Positions 10,864 through 24,645 of a DNA stretch of 63,804 bases are shown here, piece after piece (position 1 is the stretch's first letter; every line of letters begins with the position of its first letter). The translations under genes and the position numbers were made by a program. The DNA is from Alphaproteobacteria bacterium (GTDB lineage: Bacteria > Pseudomonadota > Alphaproteobacteria > SMXQ01). The stretch spans positions 1 to 63,804 of the forward strand of contig JAWWBR010000005.1 of assembly GCA_033720855.1 (NCBI GenBank), written 5' to 3'. Below the pieces are notes generated by a model. That model did no database searches and was not told the origin of the DNA. It saw nothing but the letters and a program-made list of their open reading frames with translations.

Positions 10864-11969
10864 CAGGCGCCCTCCGTTTCCCGGTAGGCCGGGAGATAGA
10901 CCCGGAAGGTGGTGCAACCGGGTTCGCTGGTGAATTCGATCATGCCGCCGTGATCCCCGATGATCTTGGCCACCAGGGCCAGGCCCAGGCCGGTCCCCCC
11001 CGACTTGGTGGTGACGAAGGGATCGAACAGGTGGCTTTGGATGTCCTCGGGAATGCCCTCGCCGTTGTCGGAAACGGTGATGACCAGGGGCAACTGGGTG
11101 CGCCGGTCCGAGCCCGGCCGGGCGATGCGCAAGCCATGCTGGTAGCCGGTGGTGATGGTGATCTCGCCGCCCTTATCGTCCAGGGCCTCGGCGGCGTTCT
11201 TGATCAGGTTGAGAAACACCTGGACCAGCTGGTCGCGGTCCCCGCCCACCGGCGGCAATGACGGGTCATAGCGTTCGCGGAAGCGGACGCCGCGGGCGAA
11301 TCCGTTCTCGGCGATCCTGCGCACATGGTCCAGCACCTGATGGATATTGACCGCCTGGGCGGCGATGGGGGGCTGTTCGGAAAAGGCTTCCATGCTGTCG
11401 ACAAGGGCACAGATGCGGTCGGTCTCGTCGCAGATCAGGTGGGTCAGCTTGCGGTCCTCCTCCCCGGCGCCGTGTTCGAGAAGCTGCGCCGCGCCGCGAA
11501 TGCCGGACAGCGGGTTCTTGACCTCGTGGGCGAGTACCGCCGCCATCCCCGTGAGCGAGCGCACCGCGCTTCTGGAGCTGATCTCGCCGGTCATCTTCGA
11601 GGTGATGGTGCGGTCGTGGAACGACACCACCACCGCCCCCGGTTCATCGCTGATGGGGGCGACCTGGATGGTCACCAGGCGGGTGCCGGTGCGTGGCGTT
11701 TGCAGGGTGACGCCGTATTCCGAGAGGCTGCTGCCGGATTTGCGCACCTGGTCGATCATCACGAACAGCGGCCCGTCGGGCGGGATCAGGTCGCTCAGCA
11801 TGCGCGAGGACAGCCACGACTGGCTGGCGTCGAAGAACTGCTCGGTCGCCTGATTGACGTATCTCACCTCGCCGTCGCGCCCGATCACGAGGATCGGGTC
11901 CGAAAGCGAATTGAGGACCGCCTCGAAGGGCGCGTCGCTCTCCCGGGATTTCGTCCTGGCGTCGCTCAC
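10863..11969 (-). CDS. ntrB: Sensor kinase NtrB
   Basis: [36 protein letters not shown]; GTG start overlapping the dusB stop (the track ORF is over-extended). Confidence 0.95.
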   Translation of the reverse strand: MSDARTKSRESDAPFEAVLNSLSDPILVIGRDGEVRYVNQATEQFFDASQSWLSSRMLSDLIPPDGPLFVMIDQVRKSGSSLSEYGVTLQTPRTGTRLVTIQVAPISDEPGAVVVSFHDRTITSKMTGEISSRSAVRSLTGMAAVLAHEVKNPLSGIRGAAQLLEHGAGEEDRKLTHLICDETDRICALVDSMEAFSEQPPIAAQAVNIHQVLDHVRRIAENGFARGVRFRERYDPSLPPVGGDRDQLVQVFLNLIKNAAEALDDKGGEITITTGYQHGLRIARPGSDRRTQLPLVITVSDNGEGIPEDIQSHLFDPFVTTKSGGTGLGLALVAKIIGDHGGMIEFTSEPGCTTFRVYLPAYRETEGA

Positions 11970-12967
11970 GCCGCCGCCCCCCGCAAGCGCCGATGATCCG
12001 CGGCACGGTTGAAGAAAGCGCGCACCGCCTGCCTGACGCGCTCGGCATCGTCGATCTCGAACAATTCGGCGCGGAACTTGGCGCCGCCGGGCAGGCCGTG
12101 AACGTACCAGCCGAAATGCTTGCGCGCGATGCGGACGCCGCGGACCATACCGTGGTGTTGGAGGATGTCCTCGAAATGGGCGAGCGCCATCCGGCACCGG
12201 GCCACGGGGTCGGGATCCGGCAGGCGCGTGCCGTCCCTGAGGAAGCGCATGACCTGCCCGAGGAACCATGGCCGGCCGCAGGCGCCGCGCCCGATCATCA
12301 CGCCGTCGGCGCCCGAATCGGCGATCGCGCGGGCGGCCCCGTCGACATCGGTGATGTCGCCGTTGACGATCACCGGGATCGATACCGCCGCCTTGACCGC
12401 GCGCACCGCACGCCAATCGGCCCGGCCGGTATAGAACTGGCAGCGCGTGCGGCCATGAACCGTCACCATCCGCACGCCCGTCTCCTCGGCGATGCGGGCG
12501 ATGCGCGGCGCATTGAGGCTGTCGGCGTCCCAGCCCAGGCGCATCTTCAGGGTCACCGGCAGCTCGACCGCCGCCACCGCGGCCTCGAGGATCCGTCCCA
12601 CCAGGACCTCGTCGCGCATCAGCGCCGAGCCCGCCTGCTTGTTCACGACCTTCTTCACCGGGCAGCCCATGTTGATGTCGATGATGGCGGCGCCGCGATC
12701 GGCATTGAGCCGCGCCGCCTCGGCGATGACGCCGGGTTCGCATCCGGCGAGCTGCACCGCCATCGGGAATTCCTCCGGCTCGGTGCGTCCGAGCTTGAGC
12801 GACTGCGCCGTCTCGCGCACCATCGCCTGGCTCGCGATCATCTCCGACACCACCAAACCGGCGCCCTGCCCCTTGACCAGGCGCCGGAACGGCAAATCGG
12901 AGACCCCCGACATCGGCGCCAGGAATACCGGATCTTCAATGGCCACGGGGCCAATCGCGATGGTCAT
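11966..12967 (-). CDS. dusB: tRNA-dihydrouridine synthase (NifR3/DusB)
   Basis: LAPMSG, DINMGCP, TVHGRTR, GVMIGRG; canonical nifR3-ntrBC linkage. Confidence 0.95.
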   Translation of the reverse strand: MTIAIGPVAIEDPVFLAPMSGVSDLPFRRLVKGQGAGLVVSEMIASQAMVRETAQSLKLGRTEPEEFPMAVQLAGCEPGVIAEAARLNADRGAAIIDINMGCPVKKVVNKQAGSALMRDEVLVGRILEAAVAAVELPVTLKMRLGWDADSLNAPRIARIAEETGVRMVTVHGRTRCQFYTGRADWRAVRAVKAAVSIPVIVNGDITDVDGAARAIADSGADGVMIGRGACGRPWFLGQVMRFLRDGTRLPDPDPVARCRMALAHFEDILQHHGMVRGVRIARKHFGWYVHGLPGGAKFRAELFEIDDAERVRQAVRAFFNRAADHRRLRGAAA

Positions 12968-13075
12968 AATTTATGCAGAAACCGAATTGTGATTAATCGG
13001 AAGGCAAACTACTGACAAAAGCGGTGAAGAACAAGCTCTTCTCCACCCCTTTTTGCCTTTTGCGGCACCAATTGG

Positions 13076-13885
13076 TCATCCGATGATCACATCGGTCACC
13101 AGCTTGACGCCGGGATACCCGAGGGTCAGCAACAGGTAGGCCAGCAACAGCGCGCGGGCCGCACGGCGCCCGGCGACACCGCTCAGGCGATGGGCGACAA
13201 GCAGGCCGAGGATGACAACGAAGGCCAGCATCGAGAGCAAAGTCTTGTGGGTAAAGGCGAGCGGGCTTCCCGTCTCCATGTACTCGATCACCATGCCGGT
13301 CGCCAGGCCCAGCCCCAAGACCACCGCCGAGGCCGTCAACAGGTTGAGCTGCAGGCGTTCGCCGTCGGACACCGAGGGCAGAATCGCGGTCAGGCGGTTG
13401 GGGCTGCGCGCCTTCAGCGCCCGCTCCTGCAGATAGACCGCGAGCGCCGCCATCGCCGCCAGCGTCACCAGTGCATAGGTCGTCACCGAGATGCCGATAT
13501 GGAGGTTGAGCCAGGCGCCGGAGACCGACCCCGGTTGGGCGCGGGCGGGCACTTGCGCCCACAGCGTCGCCAGGGCGCCCAACACCAGCATGTAGGGCCC
13601 GAAAACGGCGAGCAGCCGGGCCAAGGCGGCGCTCATGGCCGAAAGGGCCAGGAACAGGACGAAGGAGAGCGAGATGGTGATCCACAGGCTCGGCGCGATC
13701 CCGGTCTGCCAGCCCGAGGCGAAAATCGTCCAGGTCCAGGCCACGGTACCGCCGGTCGCCGCCGCGGTCACGGCCCAGAATCCGAGGTCGCGGACGTCGT
13801 CGCCGGTGCCCGCGCCGCGGTGGGGCAGCAGCGCGGCGGGAATCAACGCAGCCAAGGCTGCCAGATTGAGAAAGAGCGGGTTCAT
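13076..13885 (-). CDS. CcsA/YpjD-like cytochrome c assembly family membrane protein
   Basis: About 8 hydrophobic segments, LHI, QERALK, LPS, HKT...S, G...A, LLTLGYPG pattern. Confidence 0.75.
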   Translation of the reverse strand: MNPLFLNLAALAALIPAALLPHRGAGTGDDVRDLGFWAVTAAATGGTVAWTWTIFASGWQTGIAPSLWITISLSFVLFLALSAMSAALARLLAVFGPYMLVLGALATLWAQVPARAQPGSVSGAWLNLHIGISVTTYALVTLAAMAALAVYLQERALKARSPNRLTAILPSVSDGERLQLNLLTASAVVLGLGLATGMVIEYMETGSPLAFTHKTLLSMLAFVVILGLLVAHRLSGVAGRRAARALLLAYLLLTLGYPGVKLVTDVIIG

Positions 13886-13978
13886 CGCGAACGAACTATA
13901 CACCCGATTGCGTGCCCATAGCGGCCAATCACCCCGCCGCGGGCGGGCCCGTCACGGGAAAATTTCGAATTTGTGGTA

Positions 13979-14005
13979 ATGAAAACGCGTCTGCCCTGCC
14001 CATAT
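13979..14005 (+). promoter_or_regulatory. Possible RpoH-type promoter for the lipoprotein gene
   Basis: ATGAAA-N13-GCCCATAT resembles TTGAAA-N13/14-CCCCATNT. Confidence 0.3.
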
Positions 14006-14052
14006 AAGATAGAGTAACGCCTTTACCGCCTTCGATGCAGTGGAGCAGGAAC

Positions 14053-14562
14053 ATGTCTTTACGCAATCAATCGTCCCGATCCGTGGGCCACCGGATGGCA
14101 ACCGCCGGGGCCGTCGCCATCGTCACCTTCGGCCTGATGGCCTGCGCCGAGGATGCCGGCCGCAAGGAGCGCGCGGGCACCGTGGTCGGCGCCGTCGCCG
14201 GCGGCCTGCTGGGTTCCACCATCGGCAAGGGATCGGGCAAGGCCATCGCCATCGGCGCCGGCATCGTGCTGGGCGGCATCGTCGGCTCCGAGGTCGGGCG
14301 CTCGCTGGACCGCGCGGACCGCGCCTACATGGCCCGGACCACCGAGGAGTCGCTCGAGCGCGGCCGCTCGGGTGAAACCTCGACCTGGGTCAACCCCGAC
14401 AGCCAGCATTCGGGCACGGTCACGCCGCAACCGGCCTACCGCGGGAGCGACGGCCGGTACTGCCGCGAGTTTCAGCAGACGGTGACCATCGACGGCCGCA
14501 CCGAGCGCGCCTACGGCACGGCCTGCCGCCAGCCCGACGGCAGCTGGCAGATCGTGAGCTGA
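14053..14562 (+). CDS. 17-kDa surface antigen-type (glycine-zipper 2TM) lipoprotein
   Basis: Lipobox LMAC, GxxxG zipper, W-NPDS, YCREFQQTVTI, AYGTACRQPDGSWQIV. Confidence 0.9.
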   Translation: MSLRNQSSRSVGHRMATAGAVAIVTFGLMACAEDAGRKERAGTVVGAVAGGLLGSTIGKGSGKAIAIGAGIVLGGIVGSEVGRSLDRADRAYMARTTEESLERGRSGETSTWVNPDSQHSGTVTPQPAYRGSDGRYCREFQQTVTIDGRTERAYGTACRQPDGSWQIVS

Positions 14563-14672
14563 GGCTCGGGCCCCGGCCCCACCCCCTTTTCCCGAGCGCA
14601 GCCGCGCGCCATCGCCCTTGGCAGGCGCTGGTGCCGCGGCTAGTCTCGTTCCCCGATGACTGAGGATGTGCC

Positions 14673-15857
14673 ATGCCCGGCGCGGTGGCGCTGATCGTCG
14701 CCGCCGGCCGCGGCGCGCGGTTCGGCGCCGGCGCAGACGGAACCGCCAAACAGTATCGCCGGCTCGGCGGTCGGCCCCTGCTTGCCCGCGCCGTCCAGGC
14801 CTTCGCCGAAGCCGAGGGCATCGACGCGGTGCGGGTGGTCATCCACGAGGACGATCGCGCGCTCTACGACGACGCCGTCGGCCATATGGACCTGCTGGCC
14901 CCGGTCGTCGGCGGCGCGACGCGCCAGGACTCGGTCCGCCTCGGCCTCGAAAGCCTGGCCGATGACGGTTTCCAGACCGTTCTCATCCACGATGCGGTCC
15001 GGCCCCTGGTGGACGCCGGCGTCATTGCCCGGGTGCTGGCGGCGCTCGCCACCCACGCGGGCGCGGTCCCTGCCCTGGCCGCGGTCGACAGCCTCGCGCG
15101 GGCGGCGGACGGGATCGTCACCGATATCGTCCCACGCGACGCGCTGTGGCGCGCGCAAACCCCCCAGGGCTTCGCCTTCGCGGCGATCCTGGCCGCCCAT
15201 CGCGACGCCCAGGACCAAGGCCAGGGCGATTTCAGCGACGATGCTGCGGTCGCCACCTGGGCCGGGCTCGAGGTCGCCGTGGTCGCGGGGTCGGAGGACA
15301 ATCTCAAGATCACCACCGAGGACGACCTGGCGCGCGCCGAGCGGCTGCTCGCGGCGGCGGGCGGCTATCGCCTGGGCCAGGGGTTCGACGTCCATGCCTT
15401 CGGGCCCGAGGGCAGCGGGCCGCTCCGGCTCGGCGGCATCGACCTCCCCTTCGATCGCGGCCTCGGCGGCCATTCGGACGCCGATGCGGTCCTGCACGCG
15501 GTCACCGACGCCATCCTCGGCGCCCTGGCCGAAGGCGACATCGGCAGCCACTTCCCGCCCGGCGACCCCGCCTGGAAGGACGCCGATTCGGCCCGCTTCC
15601 TCGGCTTCGCCCGCGACCGGCTCGGCGCCCGGGGCGGGCGAGTCTCCCATGTCGACGTCACCATCATCTGCGAACGGCCGAAGATCGCCCCCCATCGCGA
15701 CGACATGCGCCGGCGCCTCGCCGAGCTGCTGGAGACCGAGACGGACCGCATCAGCATCAAGGCGACCACCACCGAAGGGCTCGGCGCCTTGGGCAAGGGC
15801 GATGGGATCGCCGCCCAGGCCGCCGTCACGGTGTTTTTCGAAGGCCCGGCGCGATGA
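14673..15857 (+). CDS. ispDF: Bifunctional IspD/IspF
   Basis: AAGRGARF, GATRQDSV, IHDAVRP, QTPQGF; GQGFDVH, HSDAD, GDIGSHFP, KATTTEGLG. Confidence 0.96.
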   Translation: MPGAVALIVAAGRGARFGAGADGTAKQYRRLGGRPLLARAVQAFAEAEGIDAVRVVIHEDDRALYDDAVGHMDLLAPVVGGATRQDSVRLGLESLADDGFQTVLIHDAVRPLVDAGVIARVLAALATHAGAVPALAAVDSLARAADGIVTDIVPRDALWRAQTPQGFAFAAILAAHRDAQDQGQGDFSDDAAVATWAGLEVAVVAGSEDNLKITTEDDLARAERLLAAAGGYRLGQGFDVHAFGPEGSGPLRLGGIDLPFDRGLGGHSDADAVLHAVTDAILGALAEGDIGSHFPPGDPAWKDADSARFLGFARDRLGARGGRVSHVDVTIICERPKIAPHRDDMRRRLAELLETETDRISIKATTTEGLGALGKGDGIAAQAAVTVFFEGPAR

Positions 15858-16387
15858 GCCCGACGCCGACGCCCCAGACCGGCCGCCACCCGGCGCTTCC
15901 CCAGGGGCTTTCGTTCTGGAGCCCGCCGGCCCTTATCGCCACCTGGTTCGGGACCGGCCTGCTGCCCAAGGCGCCGGGCACCTGGGGCGCGATGGCGGCG
16001 CTGCCGGTGGCCTGGGTCCTGGCGCTCAGGATCGGCCCATGGGCGGTGCTCGCCGCCGCCGGCGTGCTGTTCCTGGCCGGCCTGTGGGCGGCCAAGGCCT
16101 ACCTCGCCCACGCCCGCGAAGACGACCCGGGCCCGGTCGTCATCGACGAGGTGGCGGCGCAGCTTCTGGTGCTGGCCCCCGCCGCGCTCGACCCGTTGGA
16201 CTACGCGCTCGGCTTCCTCCTGTTCCGTCTCTTCGACATCATGAAGCCATGGCCGATCAAGGAGATCGAGCGGCGGTTGCCCGGCGCCCTCGGGGTGATG
16301 GCCGACGACATCGCCGCCGCAATTTATGCCAGCATTTGCCTCGGCGTCTATTTCGTCCTATCAGGACGGCCACATGTATTTTTCTGA
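15854..16387 (+). CDS. pgpA: Phosphatidylglycerophosphatase A
   Basis: ATWFGTG...APGTWG, DPGPVVIDEV, FRLFDIMKPWP, GVMADD; ATGA overlap with ispDF. Confidence 0.94.
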   Translation: MSPTPTPQTGRHPALPQGLSFWSPPALIATWFGTGLLPKAPGTWGAMAALPVAWVLALRIGPWAVLAAAGVLFLAGLWAAKAYLAHAREDDPGPVVIDEVAAQLLVLAPAALDPLDYALGFLLFRLFDIMKPWPIKEIERRLPGALGVMADDIAAAIYASICLGVYFVLSGRPHVFF

Positions 16388-16883
16388 TACATCCCTCGAC
16401 CTCGCCCGCCGGGTGGTCGAAGCGGCAACGGCCAAGGGGCTGATGGTGGCGACCGCCGAATCGTGCACCGGCGGGCTGATCGCCGCCTGCCTGACCGAGG
16501 TGCCCGGCGCCTCCCATGTCTTCATGCGCGGCTTCGTCACCTACGCCAACGAGGCCAAGGCCGAGCTCCTGGGCGTGCCGGAGGACGCCTTGGCCCAATT
16601 CGGCGCCGTCAGCGAAGAGGTGGCCCGGGCCATGGCCGAGGGCGCGGCCGCCCGCGCCGGCGCCGATCTCGCAGTCTCGGCCACCGGCATCGCCGGGCCC
16701 GGCGGCGCCACCGAGAGCAAACCGGTGGGCCTTGTGCACATGGCCGCCGCCCGCGCCGGCGGCGAGACCCTGCACCGCAAGGCGGTGTTCGCCGGCGACC
16801 GCCAGGCGGTGCGCGCCCAGGCCGTGGAAGCGGCCCTTGCGCTTCTCCTTGAACAGGCCGAAACTGCGCCGCCGCCGCGATGA
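16374..16883 (+). CDS. cinA: CinA C-terminal domain protein (NMN deamidase PncC-like)
   Basis: ATAESCTGG, GFVTYAN, GAVSEEVA, TGIAGPGG, KPVGLV. Confidence 0.92.
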   Translation: MYFSDTSLDLARRVVEAATAKGLMVATAESCTGGLIAACLTEVPGASHVFMRGFVTYANEAKAELLGVPEDALAQFGAVSEEVARAMAEGAAARAGADLAVSATGIAGPGGATESKPVGLVHMAAARAGGETLHRKAVFAGDRQAVRAQAVEAALALLLEQAETAPPPR

Positions 16884-16926
16884 CGGCACCGCCACCATTG
16901 AGCCCGCGAAGCTGACGCCCGACCCC

Positions 16927-17634
16927 ATGTCGCCACCCGCCGATCCCGCCCCGCCCTACCGCATCACCATCCGCAACTTCATCGGCATCACCCTGCTTTC
17001 GGTGCTGATCTTCGTCATCGGCGGCATCGTCCTGGTCAAGCTCGACCCGTCGATCTTCGCCCCGGAGCGGGCGGTGCTGGACAAGCTGATCTGGGCCTCG
17101 ATGCTGGCCACCATCGGCGTGCTGGCCTCGACCGGATACGTGCTGGCCTCGCGCACCGCCATGGGCTGGGGCATCATCGGCCTCAACCGCCCCGATCCGC
17201 GCTGGATCCTGATCGGCATGGGCGTCGCGGTGGTGGTGTTCTTCGCCGGCGAGCGCCTCGATGCGCTCCTCGGTTTCGGCATCATGGAGACCACCCGCGC
17301 CAATTACGGCCCGACGCTGGCGACCCAGACCGGGTTCATCGGCCTGATCCTGGTGCTGGCGGTGGTGCTGCCGATCCCGCTCGAGATCTACTTCCGCGGC
17401 GTGCTGTTCAATTTCCTCCGCGGCATGACCGGGACCGAGGTGGCGATCGGCTTCTCGGCGCTGGTCTACGGGCTCCTCTTCTTCAATCCCGAGACCCCGG
17501 TCTATATCGCCTACGGCGTCGTCCACGGCGCCGTCCTGTGCCTCCTCTACGTCCGCTCGGGCACCCTTTGGACGGCGATCGTCGCCAACGGCACCATCGC
17601 CGCCCTGAACCTGGCCGCAGCCGCCTGGCTGTAA
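16927..17634 (+). CDS. CPBP/Abi (type II CAAX protease) family membrane protein with degenerate catalytic motifs
   Basis: Polytopic; [19 protein letters not shown] and [14 protein letters not shown] align with the CPBP motif positions. Confidence 0.7.
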   Translation: MSPPADPAPPYRITIRNFIGITLLSVLIFVIGGIVLVKLDPSIFAPERAVLDKLIWASMLATIGVLASTGYVLASRTAMGWGIIGLNRPDPRWILIGMGVAVVVFFAGERLDALLGFGIMETTRANYGPTLATQTGFIGLILVLAVVLPIPLEIYFRGVLFNFLRGMTGTEVAIGFSALVYGLLFFNPETPVYIAYGVVHGAVLCLLYVRSGTLWTAIVANGTIAALNLAAAAWL

Positions 17635-17699
17635 GCCCGCGGGCTACCCGGGGCCCCCGCTTTCGGCTATCCTCCCGACACAAGGACGGGAGGTTCGAA

Positions 17700-18809
<1,110 letters not shown>

Positions 18810-18865
18810 GCAGCCGCCCGCGCGTCGGTCCCCCGCCGCGGCGTCACCCTAAAGAGCGGACGTCT

Positions 18866-18903
18866 TATTCAACCAACTGGTTAATTAACCACCTGGTTGA
18901 ATA
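18866..18903. repeat. 38-bp AT-rich nested inverted repeat between convergent frmA and ratA
   Basis: TATTCAACCAACTGGTTAATTAACCACCTGGTTGAATA; self-complementary except for 2 pairs; contains two AACCA-NN-TGGTT sub-palindromes. Confidence 0.9.
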
Positions 18904-18936
18904 CGGCGGTTTCCGCGGCGGACGGGCGCCCCGCCC

Positions 18937-19392
18937 TCACGCCGCCGCGCCGTAGAGGGTATCGGCGCGCTTCAAGAAGGCGTCGACCATCTGCATCACC
19001 GTATGGTCGAAGAAGCCGTGCATCATCGCGTCCAGCATGCGCGACTTGAACTCGAACTCGACCATGAAGTCGATCTCGGTGCCGCCGTCGGCGCCTTGGC
19101 GGAAGACCCAGTGGTTGGACATCTCGCGCATCGGCCCCTTGATGTAATCGACATCGATGCGCGGGTCGCCGCCGCCCCCGCCGTCATCGAGCATCACCTT
19201 GGAGGTGAAGGTCTCGCGGAACGGTCCCTTGCCCACCACCAGGTCCGCCCACAGCATGCCGTCGGCGCGGTCGGTGATGCGCACGGCGAGGCACCAGGGG
19301 AGAAACTCGGCGTAGGACCCGACATCGGAGACGAGGTCGAACATCTGCTTCGGCGTATAGGGAACGGTGCGGGTCTCCGCGTGGCGGTGCAT
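18937..19392 (-). CDS. ratA: RatA/PasT (Coq10-like START domain) protein
   Basis: MFDLVSDV..Y.EFLPWC, FTSKV, GP....N.W.F, EFEFKS; follows lipA. Confidence 0.88.
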   Translation of the reverse strand: MHRHAETRTVPYTPKQMFDLVSDVGSYAEFLPWCLAVRITDRADGMLWADLVVGKGPFRETFTSKVMLDDGGGGGDPRIDVDYIKGPMREMSNHWVFRQGADGGTEIDFMVEFEFKSRMLDAMMHGFFDHTVMQMVDAFLKRADTLYGAAA

Positions 19393-19405
19393 GCGGGCGG
19401 GGCTT

Positions 19406-20329
19406 TCAGTCTCTGCCTTGGGCCGCGTCCCTGGCCGCGCGCAGGCGGGCGAAATCGTCGCCGGCGAAATAGGACGAGCGCGTCAAGGGCGAGGCCGAGA
19501 CCAGCAGGAAGCCCTTGCCGTAGGCCATCTTCTCCAAGGCGGCGAACTCGTCGGGGGTGACGAAGCGGGCGACCGGCGCATGGCGCGGGGTCGGCTGCAG
19601 GTACTGACCGATGGTGAGGAAATCGACATCGGCGGCGCGCAGGTCGTCCATCACCTGATGCACCTCGGCGATCTCCTCGCCGAGGCCGACCATCAGGCCC
19701 GATTTGGTGAACATCGAAGGGTCGGAGGCCTTGACCGTGTCCAGCAGCTTGAGTGAGTGGAAGTAGCGCGCGCCCGGGCGGATCGACGGATAGAGCCTGG
19801 GCACGGTCTCGAGGTTGTGGTTGAAGACGTCGGGCCTGGCCGCGGCGACGGTCTCGATCGCCCCTGGCTTGCGCAGGAAATCCGGCGTCAGGATCTCGAT
19901 GGTGGCTTCGGGCGCGGCGGCGCGAATGGCTTCGATGCATTTGACGAACTGATCGGCGCCGCCGTCCTCGAGATCGTCGCGGTCGACCGAGGTGATGACG
20001 ACATGGGAGAGGCCGAGCGCCGCCACCGCTTCCGCCAGGTGCCGGGGCTCGTCGGCATCCACCGCGTTGGGCTTGCCGGTCTTGACGTTGCAGAAGGCGC
20101 AGGCCCGGGTGCAGGTGTCGCCCAGGATCATCACCGTGGCGTGGCCCTTGGACCAGCACTGGCCGATATTGGGGCAGGCGGCCTCCTCGCAGACGGTGTT
20201 GAGCGACAGATCCCGCATCAGCTTGCGGGTGGCGAAGTATTCGGGCGAGGTCGGCGCCTTGACCCGGATCCAGTCGGGCTTGGGAATCCTCGGGGCCTTG
20301 TCGCCCTTGATGTTCTCGACCTTGGCCAT
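19406..20329 (-). CDS. lipA: Lipoyl synthase
   Basis: [24 protein letters not shown]. Confidence 0.97.
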   Translation of the reverse strand: MAKVENIKGDKAPRIPKPDWIRVKAPTSPEYFATRKLMRDLSLNTVCEEAACPNIGQCWSKGHATVMILGDTCTRACAFCNVKTGKPNAVDADEPRHLAEAVAALGLSHVVITSVDRDDLEDGGADQFVKCIEAIRAAAPEATIEILTPDFLRKPGAIETVAAARPDVFNHNLETVPRLYPSIRPGARYFHSLKLLDTVKASDPSMFTKSGLMVGLGEEIAEVHQVMDDLRAADVDFLTIGQYLQPTPRHAPVARFVTPDEFAALEKMAYGKGFLLVSASPLTRSSYFAGDDFARLRAARDAAQGRD

Positions 20330-20352
20330 GGCCTCTTGCGCGTCCGCCTTCC

Positions 20353-21780
<1,428 letters not shown>

Positions 21781-21798
21781 GAATGTCTCCTAAGCGGG

Positions 21799-23166
21799 CT
21801 AGAGGATGAGGCGGACCGGATGCTGGATCAATTCCTTGAAGGCGGCGAGGAACTGGGCGCCGACGGCGCCGTCCACGGCGCGGTGATCGCAGCTCAGGGT
21901 GCAGCTCATCAGGGTCGCGGTCATGATCTCGCCGTCGCGCACGACGACGCGCTCCTCGCCGGCGCCGATGGCCAGGATGCAGGCCTGGGGCGGGTTGATG
22001 ACGGCGGCGAAATCGCGCACCCCCATCATGCCCATGTTGGAGATGGTGAAGGTGCCGCCCTGGAATTCCTCGGGCGCGAGCTTGCCGTCCCGCGCCCGCT
22101 GGGCCAGGTCCCTGACCTCCGCCGATATGGCGGCGAGCCCCTTCTTCTCGGCCGAGCGCACGATCGGCGTGATCAGCCCGCCCTCGATGGCGACGGCGAC
22201 CGAGACGTCGGCCGCGTTGTAGATCTGCATGCCGTCATCGGACCACGACGCGTTGGCCGCCGGCACCTCTTTGAGCGCCAGGGCGGCGGCGCGGATGATG
22301 AAGTCGTTGACCGAGACGTTGAGCGTCTCGTCGCTCTCGTTGATCTCCCGGCGCAGGGCCAGGAGCGCGTCGATGTCGCAATCCACCGTGGCATAGAAAT
22401 GGGGGACCGTCTGCTTCGATTCGGTCAGGCGCTTGGCGATGACCTTGCGCATGGTCGAATGGGGCTCGCTGCGCGCGGCCGCCGCCGGGAAGCTCTGGCC
22501 GAGGCCGGCGAAGATGCCGCCGCCCCCGCCGAACGCCGCGCCGGAGGCGATCGCCGCCTCGACATCGGCCTTGACGATGCGGCCATGGGGGCCGCTGCCG
22601 GAGAGGCGCGCGATGTCGATCCCCTCCTCCTTGGCCATGCGCCGGGCCAGCGGCGAGGCGATGACGCGGCCCGTGGCGGGACGGGCCGGCGCCGGGGCCG
22701 GTTTGGCCGCCTCGCGCGCCGCCGGCTCCGGTTTCGGGGCCGGTTTCGGGGCCTCGGGCTCGGCCTTTGCGCCGTCCTTGCCCTCGGCGGGCGCCGCTTC
22801 GGGTTCCTCGTCTTCTGCGGCCTCCGCGTCCTCGGCCCCGGCTTCCGGTTCCTCGGGCTTTGGCGCCGCCTCGGCCTCGGCTTCGGCGGCCTTCACCGCC
22901 GCGCTGAGGGCGTCGTCGTCCTCGCCCTCCTCGACGATCACGGCGATCGGCGCGTTGACGGCGATGGCGTCGCTTCCGGCGTCGGCGAGGATCTTGCCGA
23001 GACGGCCCTCGTCGGTGGCCTCGACCTCCATGGTCGCCTTGTCGGTCTCGATCTCGGCCAAGAGGTCGCCGGAGCGCACCTCGTCGCCCTCCTTCTTCAG
23101 CCACTGGGCGATCTTGCCCTCGGTCATGGTCGGCGACAGGGCCGGCATTCTTACGGTCACGGGCAT
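21799..23166 (-). CDS. pdhC: Pyruvate dehydrogenase E2
   Basis: Lipoyl domain ETDKA, E3-binding ASPLARRMA, DHRAVDGA. Confidence 0.96.
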   Translation of the reverse strand: MPVTVRMPALSPTMTEGKIAQWLKKEGDEVRSGDLLAEIETDKATMEVEATDEGRLGKILADAGSDAIAVNAPIAVIVEEGEDDDALSAAVKAAEAEAEAAPKPEEPEAGAEDAEAAEDEEPEAAPAEGKDGAKAEPEAPKPAPKPEPAAREAAKPAPAPARPATGRVIASPLARRMAKEEGIDIARLSGSGPHGRIVKADVEAAIASGAAFGGGGGIFAGLGQSFPAAAARSEPHSTMRKVIAKRLTESKQTVPHFYATVDCDIDALLALRREINESDETLNVSVNDFIIRAAALALKEVPAANASWSDDGMQIYNAADVSVAVAIEGGLITPIVRSAEKKGLAAISAEVRDLAQRARDGKLAPEEFQGGTFTISNMGMMGVRDFAAVINPPQACILAIGAGEERVVVRDGEIMTATLMSCTLSCDHRAVDGAVGAQFLAAFKELIQHPVRLIL

Positions 23167-23178
23167 GACGACCTCCCC

Positions 23179-24642
<1,464 letters not shown>

Positions 24643-24645
24643 GGA

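Noticed and set aside
18937-19392. ratA as part of a toxin-antitoxin or defence system
   Set aside because: No partner gene; its position after lipA and its Coq10-like START fold indicate the housekeeping ubiquinone-binding protein
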